A stretch of DNA of 64,000 nt from Tubulanus polymorphus (GCF_964204645.1 NC_134034.1:13343062-13407061); one strand, 5' to 3'. Numbered from the stretch's first letter, positions 1 to 12,999 are shown. Numbers and translations: made by a program. Notes: generated by a model from the letters alone, not told the origin.

Positions 1-3000
1 GGAGAATGTATTCACGTAACTGATGTTTGTGACGGTATCGATAATTGTAGAGACGCCTCGGATGAGAAGATCGGTTGCGGTAAATAGAAAACGTGATTCA
101 TAAAAATCTGTTTTAGTGAGAATATAATTGATAGGCCTATTATCGTGAAAATACATTTGATATGTCTATTTTCTCTAAAATATAACTGATAAGTCTATCT
201 AATGGATTACTGAATATTGAACTTGCATCGAACTTTTTATCAACCATATTTTCAGCGCGATCGTGTTCAGATGAACAGTTTCACTGCACAAGCGGGCGAT
301 GTTTATCGTTATCGTATTTATGCGATTTTAGAGATGATTGCGGGGACGGCTCCGACGAATCGTTTTGTTGTAAGTTTTCTAACGGTGTCGAAACTGAATG
401 TACGTAATTATACTGAGCCGAGATTCTAAATATACCCGCGTCGCGTATTTACTTCAGTAAACCCGGTTTGCGATGCTACAGAATTCACGTGTAAGAGCGG
501 TCAGTGTATTCCTGAGATAAAGAGGAATGATGGAATTGATGATTGTGTCGATGGCTCCGATGAGCTTCACAGTGGAGGTATAGTATTTAGCGTAGAACTA
601 TTGAGAGGTCTATGTCTTATACGTTACAGCGTTAAGGATCCTTTATACGAAATCCCCTCAAAGATTTTGATCAAAATTATAATGTATTATATTGAAACAA
701 GGAGACATCATGTCAAAATGTTACATGCGCAATTATGTCTGAAAACTCAATTTTCTCGACAGAATGTAACGGGTTCCAATGTTACGACGGTTCGTGTTAC
801 CCGGCCAGTTGGAGATGTGACGTCACTCTAGATTGTTCCGGTGGATTTCGGGAAGATGAAGTCGGTTGTCCAAAACGTACGTAATGATCATAACCATTCC
901 CTATTATCATCAGCGTTATCTATTGATCATTTTCATCTATTTCGAGACTTTCGCGAATCTGTCTTATTTCAGCGACGATGCAAGTTGGATATAAACACTG
1001 TTCGAATGGTTTCGTTTACAACTCGTCGCTGAGATGTTTGTACAATACGGATCAGTACGGTTCTGTGACTCCGTGTCGAGACTATTCACATCTCTTAAAC
1101 TGCGGTAATCATAATATATGACATTGTCGGGGTAGGTCTATAGGTAAATCGGAACTCGGGGTGCAAAGGGAAAAGAATGCCATTTTCTGGGATGAAACAG
1201 CCGCGAATGAGGTTAGAGAATTCTTAAAGAAATACATTAGAATAGATGCATTTTCCCAGAGGATCAGAATTAGCAGGTTATCGCGTTAAAATAGGGAATT
1301 TTTTCACTGGTTCATATTTGATTTGAGTTGTATATCCCTTACTCACCACGCCGTGCAGGTTTTAACCATCATCTGTCCCGACAATCGAAATGAGAATGGC
1401 CCAAATACCTCCATAGAATGATTCCCTCGGTATTGTGTTAACGAATGAGTTCAGTTTAATACTTTAACGATTTCAGACAGTTTTGTTTGTCCTAGCGGAT
1501 ATTTCAAGTGTCCCGACAGCTACTGCCTCGCAGCCGAATTCGTCTGTGACGGGCAACCGAATTGTCCCGATAAAGAAGACGAACAAAAATGTGGTACGAA
1601 ACTAAATCCAGATTCAATCGTGTTTTACAGTGATTTTTCTATCGCTTCCTAAACGGAAGATGTTTATATTGATTTACAGATGAGTTCGTCTGCCCGGGTA
1701 TGTACCGGTGTTCTTCGACTGAACAGTGCGTGCGACTGGATGAAATGTGCGACGGTAAAACTCACTGTCCGAATAACGACGACGAACGATTCTGCGACTT
1801 TATCATTCCTCGTGCTTGTACCGGTTACGGGTATTCGGTATTTTGTGAATCAGCTGATTTGACGCGAATCCCTCCCGATGGCCGGTACGCGGCGTCTCGT
1901 TCCTTAGATCTATTCAATAATACTCGACTCGTTTTGGACAACTCGACGTTCAGACCGTTCGTTTATTTGACCCATTTAGATCTGAGGTTGTGCGGCATCA
2001 CTCAGTTATCCGAAGGCGTCGTCTCGTATCTGGTGAATCTAATTTTTCTCGATTTACGTCGGAATCCGCTGGCGATTCTTAAATCAGGCAGTTTGAGCGA
2101 TCTCGGTAACCTTCGTATTCTACACTTGTACGACAACAGAGATCTGACAGTGATAGAATCGCACGCGTTTAGAAACACGTCCACTCTGACGTCACTCGAT
2201 CTACACGCAGTTAATTTAAACACACTTACAGCCGGTATGTTTTTCGGGCTTCGCTCGTTACGACGCCTGAATCTCTCAGGGAGCAACATCTTCGAAATAC
2301 AGGACGGCACTTTTATGGGTCTCGGAGAAGTCACCAATTTAGACCTAACTAACAATAAACTGGAGACATTCACAACGAAAGTTTTCAGTGAACTGACGAA
2401 CCTGACCCATTTACGTAGCAACTTTTATAAATTCTGTTGTATGGCTCCTCCAGGAGTTTCGGAAGAAAATTGTTTTCCGCCGAAGAATCAGTTTTCATCC
2501 TGCACCGACTTGATGCGTATTGACGTATTACGGGTCAGTATGTGGCTGGTCGGTAGTGTCGCCGTGGTCGGGAATCTACTTGCAATATTGATTCGCCTTA
2601 TCTTCTCTGGTTCGCCATCGGCTAACAGTCGGTTGACGGTCAGTTTGGCGGTTTCTGACTTTTTCATGGGTTTTTACATGTACATAATCGCCAGTGCTGA
2701 TTCGTATTATCGGGGTACGTACATTCTTTACGATGAGAGTTGGAGGAACGGATGGTTGTGTCATCTGGCCGGGTTTCTCGCTAGTCTATCCAGCGAAGTA
2801 TCCATGTTCATGTTACTGATCATGTCCCTCGACAGATTCGTTGCAGTTGTTTTCCCGCTTTCGCGAATGAAACTGACGCCTTCGCGAGCGCTGTTCGGAA
2901 TTGCTATCTCGTGGCTAGCCGGAGTTGTCCTTGCCGCTATTCCTCTTTTGCCTATTGATTATTTCGGAGGAGGGTTTTACTCGCGTTCCGGAGTTTGTTT

Positions 3001-4601
3001 GTCTCTACATCTGACCTCAGAGAAACGGCCCGGTTGGGAGTATTCGGTAGCTGTTTTTATCGGGATGAATTTTGTAGGTTTTATGATTATAGCGTGTTGT
3101 TACGCGTGGATGTACAGAGCCATGTCTCGGAGTCTACAAACAGCACGTCGTCAAACTAAGTGTCAAAAAAAGGAGGTGGCCGTTGCGAGAAAGATGATGC
3201 TGATTGTTCTAACTGATTTCTGCGCTTGGATGCCGATAATCGTTCTCGGTAGGTCATCTAGAAATACATCATCTCACTATCTATATTTTCTAAATTCTCC
3301 AGATTATACCCATGAATTTCGTTTGTACCGGTATTTTAGATTTTGAAGTGTTTATTAGGATTTATCATGTTTTCCTAGCGCTATCGTTTTCCTACTTCGC
3401 AAAAAGTGTAATTTTACCGGTGGCATTTGTTGCAATATTGCAACATTCAGAGGCATCTCTTCCGGTGGCTTCATTCCCGATATACAGTTTACGGTTCACA
3501 GAGAGGTGTTGTTTCATTGAAAAGAGACCTGTGCCAGATGATTCTTGTTCCAAGGAAAAGGCATTCGTCATGGAAGGTTTAACATTATTTTAATTTTTCT
3601 CATCACATATTTAGGCATGCTGGCTGTTAGCGGACAGGTAACCATACCGAGTGACGTGTACGCGTGGATAGCCGTTTTTGTACTGCCGATAAACAGCGCT
3701 ATAAATCCGATACTGTACACGATAGCCGGGCTGCGATCCATCAGGTATAATATGTCGATATCTAAATCACTTTTCGTCTTTTCCTTTGTCAGGACGTTCG
3801 ATTAAGACCTAATACACATTTGAACATCCTTTTTAGAAAAAGAAATATTGCCAGGGGGAGCAGGAACACGCCAGGTAAGAAATAATAGTCGACATTGAGT
3901 CGACATAGTTCGGCTATGTGGCCATAAGTTCCCTAATTGCACGTTTTCTTATTTTATCAAGTTACTGAGGACAGATGCAGTGACAATACAGAAGAAATGA
4001 CTCTGTTAGTACCGAACATTTTATCAGTCGTTCCTGAAGGTCAGCGTGATATGCATCACGACCTGGATCCCCTAGTATCGTATTTCCGATGCTACGCGAG
4101 CCCGCGTAGAATTCACGTCGTGGTTCAACGACTGGCTGAAGTGTTACAAGAGCTTCATTCCAGAGATCTATCCGTTAAACAACTGGATGTGAACGCAGTA
4201 CTTGTTGGAAATGCTAAGGTAGAATATGTATTGTTCATCGGTCTACTACACAGCCCAAGAATTCTTGGGTTGCGGTAATAGACCAATATGAAAGGTCTGC
4301 GGCCAGGTTTTCTGTTAGCGTGAGATTAAACCCTGGAAAGCGAGGATGGGTTAATATACTATCCTTTTTGGCACTATGAAATCCCACTCGCCATATCCCA
4401 ACATTTAACGTCAATATACAGATACTACATCGTACGATTTCTCTGTATCTTCAGAACTCGTGTACAAACATATTGGAGGTGTTTATCGCTACCGATAAGT
4501 TCTACGGTAAAACCGACTCGACGCTCGATATTCTGCAGTTCGGGAAAATTGTAAAGTATCTTCTGCGACAAATCAACAATTTGAAGAAAACAGCTGCATA
4601 G
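1..4601 (+). CDS. GRL101-like LDLa + LRR G-protein-coupled receptor (LGR type C-like); 5' end lies outside the window
   Basis: LDL-receptor class A exons at approx 1-79, 256-369, 458-577, 763-876, 973-1104 and 1477-1593 (e.g. [26 protein letters not shown]). Large exon 1680-3248 encodes LDLa, LRRs, the hinge ([20 protein letters not shown]) and TM1-6 (LAVSD, SLDRF, DFCAWMP). Further exons 3615-3744 (TM7, [11 protein letters not shown]), 3837-3874, 3962-4218 and 4455-4601 (TAG). Phases checked for the terminal exons are consistent. Confidence 0.92.
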
Positions 4602-5760
4602 TGATGACATCCATCATCGGTCTTTGAGGAAAAGTCCGTCCACTTTTTGACGTCGTAAATGGGAGCGTCCCAATGTCGTCACAAATTTCCCGTTGTATTT
4701 TCGCGTTGTTTATGGGAAGTGCCTGAATCGATGTGAACTAACTACGTCATTTATTGGCCTTCCAGAAAAAGTAACAAAATGCGAATTTTGGCGTCTATTC
4801 CGATAATCGAACACATTTATCTCTCGTTGTATTCTATCTAAAGAATTTTTATGTCTTGCACAATAAATATTAATGGCATTTAGTATATTACGTATGAGTC
4901 GTTGTGCACCACGTCATCAATATTGGTGTTGCAAAATTACAATTACAATTGTGAATTTTGGCTATTTCGTAATTGAATACATTTTATTCTCGCGGTTTTA
5001 TGTTTGATTATAACGATGATTATTTTTGAGATGATGTGTACTACGTCATCATTATATCGGGATGAGACTGGTTGCCGGTCATAATTTAATTATTCAAATT
5101 AGACTTTATTGATTCTTATTATTTATATTATATAGTATAGTATTTCTATTGTTCATAATCCATACAAACAATGTAATATTTAGAGAGATTTTATATGTTT
5201 ATATTATCTATTGTCGACGATATTAAGCAATATATGTGTTATTGTTCATGGTGTTCAAGTGAGTTTTGTTGTTTCTTTGAAATTAGTCAGAAAGTTAAAT
5301 TTACGAGTTGCCGCTTCTCAATTCTACTGAATGCATTATATACTGAGGTGAAATAACAGAGGGATAGCCCGGGAAGAAAGCAAAGCTTGTTTCACCCTTA
5401 GAAATAAAGACAGGGACATACGAAAATGCACACACTCATTCTCGTATGCAAAGGTGATATCGATGATAAGCGTTGTACATCATTTCAATTTTGCAACACA
5501 TTTAACGAGTAATCCATATTTCCGCAACTACGAATGTCAGGATGAGAATTATATTTAAAAATCAATCAATCTTGAAAAGTCTGAATCTGAATCTGAAAAG
5601 TGTATTGTGATGACCACGTCAACTCGTGTCAGTATCGCAGCAGGTATCCGTATAACAATGTCGGACTTATAAATGATATCTGATTTCCTCACGAAAACGG
5701 CGCCGACAGTTTATTATAATTTGTGGTAGCGCGTTGTAAAGATAGTTTCCATTATTTGCT

Positions 5761-6714
5761 ATGGTTAGGCCTAATATGACTCGAATGCCCAGCCCTCTCG
5801 AATACAGATTACTAACAACTTTAGATGTCAGTCATCGCTCCGATTTGGAACTAACGCTTGATTGCTGTTTCACCGTTCTCTTCGTTATCTTCGGATTTAC
5901 GGGAAACAATTTCATAGTTATCATAATGTTGAAGCGAAGCTTCTGGAAACTATCTTACAGTCGATTCCTGTTCAGTCTGGCCATTTCCGACAACGTGCGC
6001 GTAGGCGAAGCCGCTTGTATTCTCGTGAACATTATCGGGATGAGATTCCTCGGCGAAAACGTCATCTCTTTCTACAGCGTTTGGGCAGTTATCATTCACG
6101 AACAACTAGTCGTTCTGACGACGTCGATGAGTCCAGTTTTATTAGTTCTCGTAACGATTGAGAGACTCTGCGCTATCCACTTTCCTTTCACTGCCAAACG
6201 TTTCTGGACACCGAAAACATCTTCTATAATGTGCGCCACTCTGACTGCGCTGATGTTTGCTATATTTTCCTTCACGTGGACGATCACTTGTGACGACCGA
6301 TCCCCGATAGAAAAATGCACATTTCCGAGTTTTGTTTACGTTTCGACCCAATACGCCTTATATTCATTGTTCATATATTTTCCAGCAGTGATTATTACAG
6401 TAGCGACTATCGTGATGGTCGTCACGATGCGGTCGAGCGATGCGGCGTCGTCCGCCTCGGGAAACGGTTCGATAAAAACCAATCAAGCCAGTCGCATGGT
6501 GCTGGCCGTCATGACGTTCTTCGTGGTGACTATGATTCCGGTTTGTCTACTGTCGTCTCTACGCGCGGTCGAGGGCTTGGATGTCGAGCTGAGACCTGCT
6601 TCTTACATCGCTTCGAAGATATTCGCCTTGAATTATGCGATGAATTTCTATCTGCATATTCTAGCAAGTAAACAATTTCGTACCGTGGCCATCCGTGTGA
6701 TGAAATGCCAGTGA
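5761..6714 (+). CDS. Intronless rhodopsin-class GPCR (FMRFamide/peptide-receptor-like or chemoreceptor-like orphan)
   Basis: 317-aa ORF with seven hydrophobic segments and the motifs GFTGN, LAISD, TIERLCAIHFP and NYAMNFYLH. Confidence 0.85.
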   Translation: MVRPNMTRMPSPLEYRLLTTLDVSHRSDLELTLDCCFTVLFVIFGFTGNNFIVIIMLKRSFWKLSYSRFLFSLAISDNVRVGEAACILVNIIGMRFLGENVISFYSVWAVIIHEQLVVLTTSMSPVLLVLVTIERLCAIHFPFTAKRFWTPKTSSIMCATLTALMFAIFSFTWTITCDDRSPIEKCTFPSFVYVSTQYALYSLFIYFPAVIITVATIVMVVTMRSSDAASSASGNGSIKTNQASRMVLAVMTFFVVTMIPVCLLSSLRAVEGLDVELRPASYIASKIFALNYAMNFYLHILASKQFRTVAIRVMKCQ

Positions 6715-7864
6715 GAAAACATAATTCTTGAATTCATTTTAAAATTAAACGACTTCCTCCTTCTCTTCTTGAATATTTCACTATCATTTACTTTCAAATT
6801 TTACGTACAACGAACTTTATCAATTTTATTTACATTTCTCGCTCAACGAACTATTACGAAATTTTGAATCAAAGCCATTTTTATACTTTCTATTGCAATT
6901 TATATACCCTTATTTCGCTGGTTATTTTTGGGATGTCTGTTTACAAATCGTCGCCAAATGCATCTCCGTATAAAATAGAAATATAGAGATTGAATGCTAT
7001 TTATTTTCTTTAGCGATTTTAGCAAATTTTCAAAGTATATCGCTCCATACAAGTTAAGTATAATGAACACAGCTATTCAATACACTTACAAGGATGGCTT
7101 TGAACGCAAAGTTCAGACACTGTGAAATGCGTTAAGACCTAACTATGATGCGCACGACAGCTAATGACAAAACTGTAAACCCTAAATGTTCCAATCGCGG
7201 AAAATATGCCGAGGACACGATGTATGAATTAAAAAAAAAATATTGACTACACTAATCGGTCCATTAAACAAAAAAGAATTTCTGCATACGGCAATGATTA
7301 ATGATGTATGAAGCCATTATCAAAATTGATTACTTTTTTCGTTACATGAAAAAGAAATGTAGGCTATGTATGCATACTCAGCTGATCGAAACCGTTGGCG
7401 GAAGGTGGGATGGTCACACTGTAGGCAGCAACACCTTGTTTCTCATTTCTACTGAGCGTAGAGTTAACCCGGCCAGCCAGCCACCATCTTCCAAGTACAT
7501 TACTTTTTTTAAATCATGATCAAGCTACAATAACAGACCAGGTTGCTTTAGAAACGAACTGCTTACAAATTTGCGGTTTACAAAAGTGAACCGGTCGATT
7601 AGGAGAAACTAGGTATGATTTTTGTTTAGGCTTATACGGATTACAATATGCAATCGAAGTCATTCGAGCCAAACGATGCCGGAATTAATTATGGTTAACT
7701 GATTTCAGTGAAATCTTTTGCAACCTTCCTATACTACGACATTTAACCCAGCATGGCAGAAACCCGTTCACGATAGGTAAAACACAATATCCGTGTTGAC
7801 GCGATGAGGAGAGAATCCCACAATGATAATAAAAAGTCCGAAAATGAAACTTCGAGATAGTAGT

Positions 7865-7910
7865 TTATTCAACGTTTCGACTATATCCTAATAGTCATCT
7901 TCAGGAATAA
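7865..7910 (-). ncRNA. Minimal hammerhead ribozyme motif (mirror copy in the left palindrome arm)
   Basis: Exact reverse complement of 8297-8342. Confidence 0.65.
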
Positions 7911-8296
7911 TGAGATACTACAGAAATTATGAGATATATATACAATCCAGGGACAAAGAGACTAATTCAAGTAATCAGAGATGATACAAACTAAAGGAAA
8001 ATTAACGTAGAAACAGTTACACGCTAAAATAGATTAAAGGGAAGCAAACTAAGGGGTAATTATAAACAACAATAGTGAGTATAAATATAAATGACTTTAC
8101 TGACTTTAAGTTTCATTTATATTTATACTCACTATTGTTGTTTATAATCACCCCTTAGTTTGCTTCCCTTTAATCTATTTTAGCGTGTAACTGTTTCTAC
8201 GTTAATTTTCCTTTAGTTTGTATCATCTCTGATTACTTGAATTAGTCTCTTTGTCCCTGGATTGTATATATATCTCATAATTTCTGTAGTATCTCA

Positions 8297-8342
8297 TTAT
8301 TCCTGAAGATGACTATTAGGATATAGTCGAAACGTTGAATAA
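8297..8342 (+). ncRNA. Minimal type I hammerhead ribozyme motif
   Basis: ttattc-CTGAAGA-t-gactat(taggat)atagtc-GAAA-c-GTT-gaataa: stem I (ttattc/gaataa), core, stem II and a vestigial palindromic stem III. Confidence 0.65.
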
Positions 8343-9481
8343 ACTACTATCTCGAAGTTTCATTTTCGGACTTTTTATTATCATTGTGGGATTCTCTCCT
8401 CAGAAACCCGTTATCGCTGCTTTGCAGCTATATTTCTAGTTCGTCATTTTGTTGTTTACCCCAATCGCGTGGGTTTGTAGATTTAACTAACACGTGCGTG
8501 TATTTCGTCTGTTGTTACCGCCATAAGATGTAGGGCAGAGAGTTCGCCTTAATTAATGCGAAATTAATCTTATTTCTTTCATATCGAATATACCGACGAA
8601 ACATAATAAAGATTTAAGTGTCTAAATAAAATCTACCGGCTTTAAATAATTGTTTAAAACGTTCGCCTTCTGTCATTACTTGTTCGGATACCTAAATCAA
8701 CACCCACCAGCTGACTCCATTGCTATTGAAAAAAGGCTTTAGTACGAAATCGCTTTGTAAATTCCTTATAGAAAATATATCTAAACAAATAGCAATTTAA
8801 TCAACCTAGGTTTGCGTTGCTTTATGCACGAGTATGACATCATATGAACATATCACATATATATATATAGGCATCATAATGCGGGATTCCTCAAAAAACG
8901 ATTCCAATCAAGGAAGTCGCTGAAAACCGATACACTATTTCCTAAAGGTTAGTGCTATATTCGGTAAGAACCCTTTGCCTTTGCTTGGCCCACACAGGAA
9001 GCTACTTTTATCTGTATTTCTTTACAGTGCTCGTTGAAGATTAGATTGTAGGCCTATAGCAGTTTATTTGTTTTTTCTCTCATTAAATCTCTGTATTAAG
9101 CCTGAGACTGTCATATGCTTTCCGCGTGAAACAAATTTGAACTTGATCTCACTTGATACAGCGAGGCAACCATTGCTTTCTCTCGCCACAACCAGTGAGG
9201 AGTTCCTCGCGCCCAATCCAACAATGTGTTGTTTTGGTGGCTGTATTCCTGCTATGGTGGGGTTTGGGGTCACTACCAATTTTTGTTATTTACATTTTGA
9301 TGGAGGAGGGATCACTGAATATCATCACCCACCACGACCGTTAGACGTTGGAGCCAATTATGTCTATTCGATCTTACCGTGATAATTCTGGTCGTTCATC
9401 TTTTAGAGATTTCAATGTGTTTGTAACTAATTCTTATGTGTCTGTTTTAACGATTGTTAGGCAAATAATTGATAACCTACA

Positions 9482-9763
9482 ATGTGGAAGTTGAAATCAT
9501 TTATTCTGCTAATCGCCGTGATGAATCTGATAGTGATGTCGCTAGTGAAGGCAGAAACAGACGACAGCGAGTTGAATAACGAGGTCGAGGCCATCGCCAA
9601 GGCGATTTTCAGACGCACAGTCGCAGCTTACGCGGACAATGACGACGACGATGACGACCTGAAAGCTATAACTAAACGAGGATTCTTCGGTTGGATCAAA
9701 AAGAATTGTGGTGGATCCATTGGAGGGGGTGGTTTCCGTGCCAAGTGTTCATATAGATGGTAA
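9482..9763 (+). CDS. Secreted prepro-peptide: signal peptide, acidic propiece, KR site, cationic 27-aa mature peptide with two Cys (AMP/toxin-like)
   Basis: MWKLKSFILLIAVMNLIVMSLVKA / ETDDSE...DDDDDDLKAITKR / GFFGWIKKNCGGSIGGGGFRAKCSYRW*. Splice acceptor (ttgttag) about 21 nt upstream of the ATG; AATAAA at 9835-9840. Confidence 0.82.
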   Translation: MWKLKSFILLIAVMNLIVMSLVKAETDDSELNNEVEAIAKAIFRRTVAAYADNDDDDDDLKAITKRGFFGWIKKNCGGSIGGGGFRAKCSYRW

Positions 9764-9985
9764 AAAATCCGATTTCAATCATCTGACTACGTATTATATA
9801 TGATAATATATGATAATGAAATGATATAAATTACAATAAAGAAATCTATCATGATACAAAATCATTCTGAGTATTTAGTACATTCACAATCAGTATCTTG
9901 GCTCGTGTTCAAAAATGCACAAAACCCTGGGGCCGAAAATATACGTAAATAGACAAGGTTCTTCGCCTATCCCCTCCCCCAGCCC

Positions 9986-10578
9986 AGGGGCGGATCTAGG
10001 AGGGTGGCTGACAAAACGTAATGATGAAGAGACTGCGACTAGCGAGCCGCCCGGCGGCGAAGACCTAGCGACCGAAGGTCGCGAGACAGGGGTAGCCCCT
10101 CGACATTTAGAAAATCTTGAAAAATCCTCAAGAAATGGTGCAATTTGACAGCATTTGTGGGATGGTTTCAGTGAAAATTATAACATGCTGCTGAGCCGTG
10201 GCCAGGATGAGGTGTTGATAATTTTAATGAGATGATTGGGGGAAGCTAAGCAGGTCATTTTACAAACATTTGTCATCATAATTTACAATTTGTCATGGTA
10301 CTGGTTTTGGAAATTTCTTGACACAGTTTGGGAAAACGTCAAATATTTTTGATTGGGAAAATGACCGTTTACCGGATACATATGCGGCCTAGCGGAATGG
10401 CTGAGATACACTAGCATACATATATAATACAAAGTCACAACGCTACTGTTAGTTCTGATTCTGAGGCAGCTAACATTCTTATTAGAGATTTACACGAAAA
10501 AGCCCCTTATAAAAATATTTTGGAAGGTATTTGAGGGGGTGGCCACCCTATTCAAGCCCCCCCCCTAGATCAGCCCCT
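9986..10578. mobile_element. Non-autonomous DNA transposon / MITE
   Basis: Terminal inverted repeats AGGGGCGGATCTAG...CTAGATCAGCCCCT; a related element lies at about 47321-47576. Confidence 0.55.
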
Positions 10579-11949
10579 CAAAAGTTTACCATTCAGGACT
10601 TTGCTTCTGCATATGAAAATCAAACCGATAATCAGTGGCCATATCAAATTAGCAGGTGGTGTAATATATATATGCCGTCAAAAAATATTGCCGAGGTATT
10701 TCGAAGGGTGCTTTAAACTTAAGACCGTATTGGGCAATATGGCTACGGTCTGGATCCATACTTGATGGCTATAGTGACGATCAAAGAAGATTGTTAATTT
10801 CGCAATTACTCTTCGGCAGCTCAACACTCGCTTCTAATCGGTCAACAAGTGTCAGTGTGTCCGGTATAAAGTGGTGCTGTGCATATTGCCAATGATATAA
10901 TCGTTTATCATGTTTTGCGGACATACTCGTCTCCGCACCATGTTGGTGGGAATAAAGGGTTGAAAAAAGAGGTGGATTGTAAGATAATGAAACCACTGAC
11001 TGGTGAACTAACAAAGTTCAGAGAAGCTAATTAAGTAAACAAATAAAGACTTTCAAAGAATTATATTTACTCTCATACAACAATTATACAAAATGTCAGG
11101 TGTGCTCGAGGAATTATAATGCAAGATCCTCAAACACGTGGACTTTCAAAAAACAATCCAATCATGGACATATAAACAATAAACTTGAGTTTATACGTCC
11201 ATGGTCCAACCATAGACTCTCAAACAGAAACGTCTATTTTATTCTCATGACAAAAACTATACCTCGCTAAATGACAGGTATGTACTCGAGTTATGTAATC
11301 GTGTAAGTTCCTTGTTAACAAGTGAACAGTATTTTAAAAACAGCTCAAAATAAAAGCATTCAAACTGGAGACAAATCCTACAAAGTCATCATGGAAAGCT
11401 TAGTATTAACTCAACGTTCTTTATTTCATTTCCGTTAACATCATTTTTTTACTAGAAAACTAGAATTTCGCTGCACCTTGTCTTAACTATAAAGATTTTC
11501 AAACATTATCAGTTCGCTCATTTAATACATTTAATACAACGTTATTTCAGGGAAAACATGACAATAATTTTACTATCGATAACTAATCATGTTTATAGCT
11601 GTTTAACATTCTTTCTAGAAAAGATTACAATGTATCTCCCAGATATTATCCCTAAAACAATTAACAGTTACAGCAGTGATAGGGTGTGATATATAGGTAA
11701 ATGGACGCGTGATCTTTCATCAGTTATTTGAAGCATTCTATCGAATCACATATTTGTGTTTGATTTAGTTAAGGTTTATGGTTATTTGTTTTGTTTATTA
11801 CTGAGCCGATAGAATGCTTAAAACAACAACAGAAAAGATCTCAAGAGGTTGGGAAACACGGAGAAGGTTGTTCTATGAAAGAAGAACCTTTAATAATTAG
11901 ATTAAATTGATTAGACAAAATTCCCGATGATGAAGAATATTAATTAATT

Positions 11950-12095
11950 GTTTGTTGGTTTTGTTTATTTTTTCTATTACTTATAATTCAATTTGTTTTT
12001 GTTTTTTTTTATTTATTTTTTTTTATTTATATTTTTTTTTAATTTATTTTGTTATTTTGTTTTGTTTTGTTTTTTTTATATTATTTTCTATGTAT
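11950..12095. repeat. T-rich low-complexity tract
   Basis: Runs of ttttg and tttta. Confidence 0.8.
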
Positions 12096-12999
12096 TTTGT
12101 ACTATTTACATCATCAGGAATTTTCTACCGGTGAAATTATGGCCTCACTTTAAAAAAGTGCTACAAATTCACTGCTGCACCTAAATAATCGTTTTATCAT
12201 TAAAGGTGAAATATTCTGGGGTTTAACAGTTAGTCGCGAAAAAAGCTCGAGGGATTGTCCGTATACGCGCATCGGTGCAGAGAAAATCAATAGGTTGATA
12301 GTGGACATTAGTGTTCTATTGTCGGTTTTTTCGCCAGACCGTAGATGCATTAAAGATGAACTGGGGAACGACGTCAGGACGACGTTTATACTTTCTGTAA
12401 GAAACGGGAATAATATTCTCTTTTGAATGGAGAAAAATGTTCGATTTCATTGATTTTCTGATCTGTACATTTACCGGACGCGTTTAAACAGCGGTAACGC
12501 CGATAATATCAAATGTCTAATGAAAATAATGATATAAAAAATACTTAACTCCTAATATCGAATCTACGCTTTCGTTTCTAACTATGCTATCGCATTTGAT
12601 ACGCGGGCAATTTTCAATTCGACCATCATAGAGACTCGGGTTCAGTAGGAATGGTCTGCTTCATTTCTATCGACTCAAGGTCGGCTTCAAACCGAGTTTG
12701 CCGGTGCAGAGGACGCGGATTTGAGCAGAGAATCCAACGAGAAAGGCGGTTTACATTTAGTAAAAGTATCAGAAAATTTGTAATGGAATTTCACTGACGC
12801 AGAGTTTACCGAGTCAACTATTTATCGGAGTCTGTTTATCAGAGGCAGTCACCAGCTATCATTAATCAGTCATTGAATTTCTTATATAACTTTCATGTAT
12901 TTTTGCAACAATTGATGAAAAAATAAGTATATAAATCAAATCAAATCATATTATTATTATTATCTTTATCACTATCATTTCCAATATATGAATATATGA

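Larger units (their letters stand above)
7805..8402. mobile_element. Inverted pair of Penelope-like element termini forming a 598-bp palindrome
   Basis: 290-bp arms (7805-8094 and 8113-8402) are reverse complements with one visible mismatch and an 18-nt spacer. Each arm has the CTGAAGA..GTCGAAACGTTGAATAAA motif typical of Penelope pseudo-LTRs. Confidence 0.75.

Noticed and set aside
3249-3346. C-terminus of the 548-aa ORF as the true receptor end
   Set aside because: Intron read-through after the donor at 3249; TM7 is in the exon at 3615-3744.
11952-12184. Hydrophobic Phe-rich ORFs
   Set aside because: Translation of a T-rich low-complexity tract.
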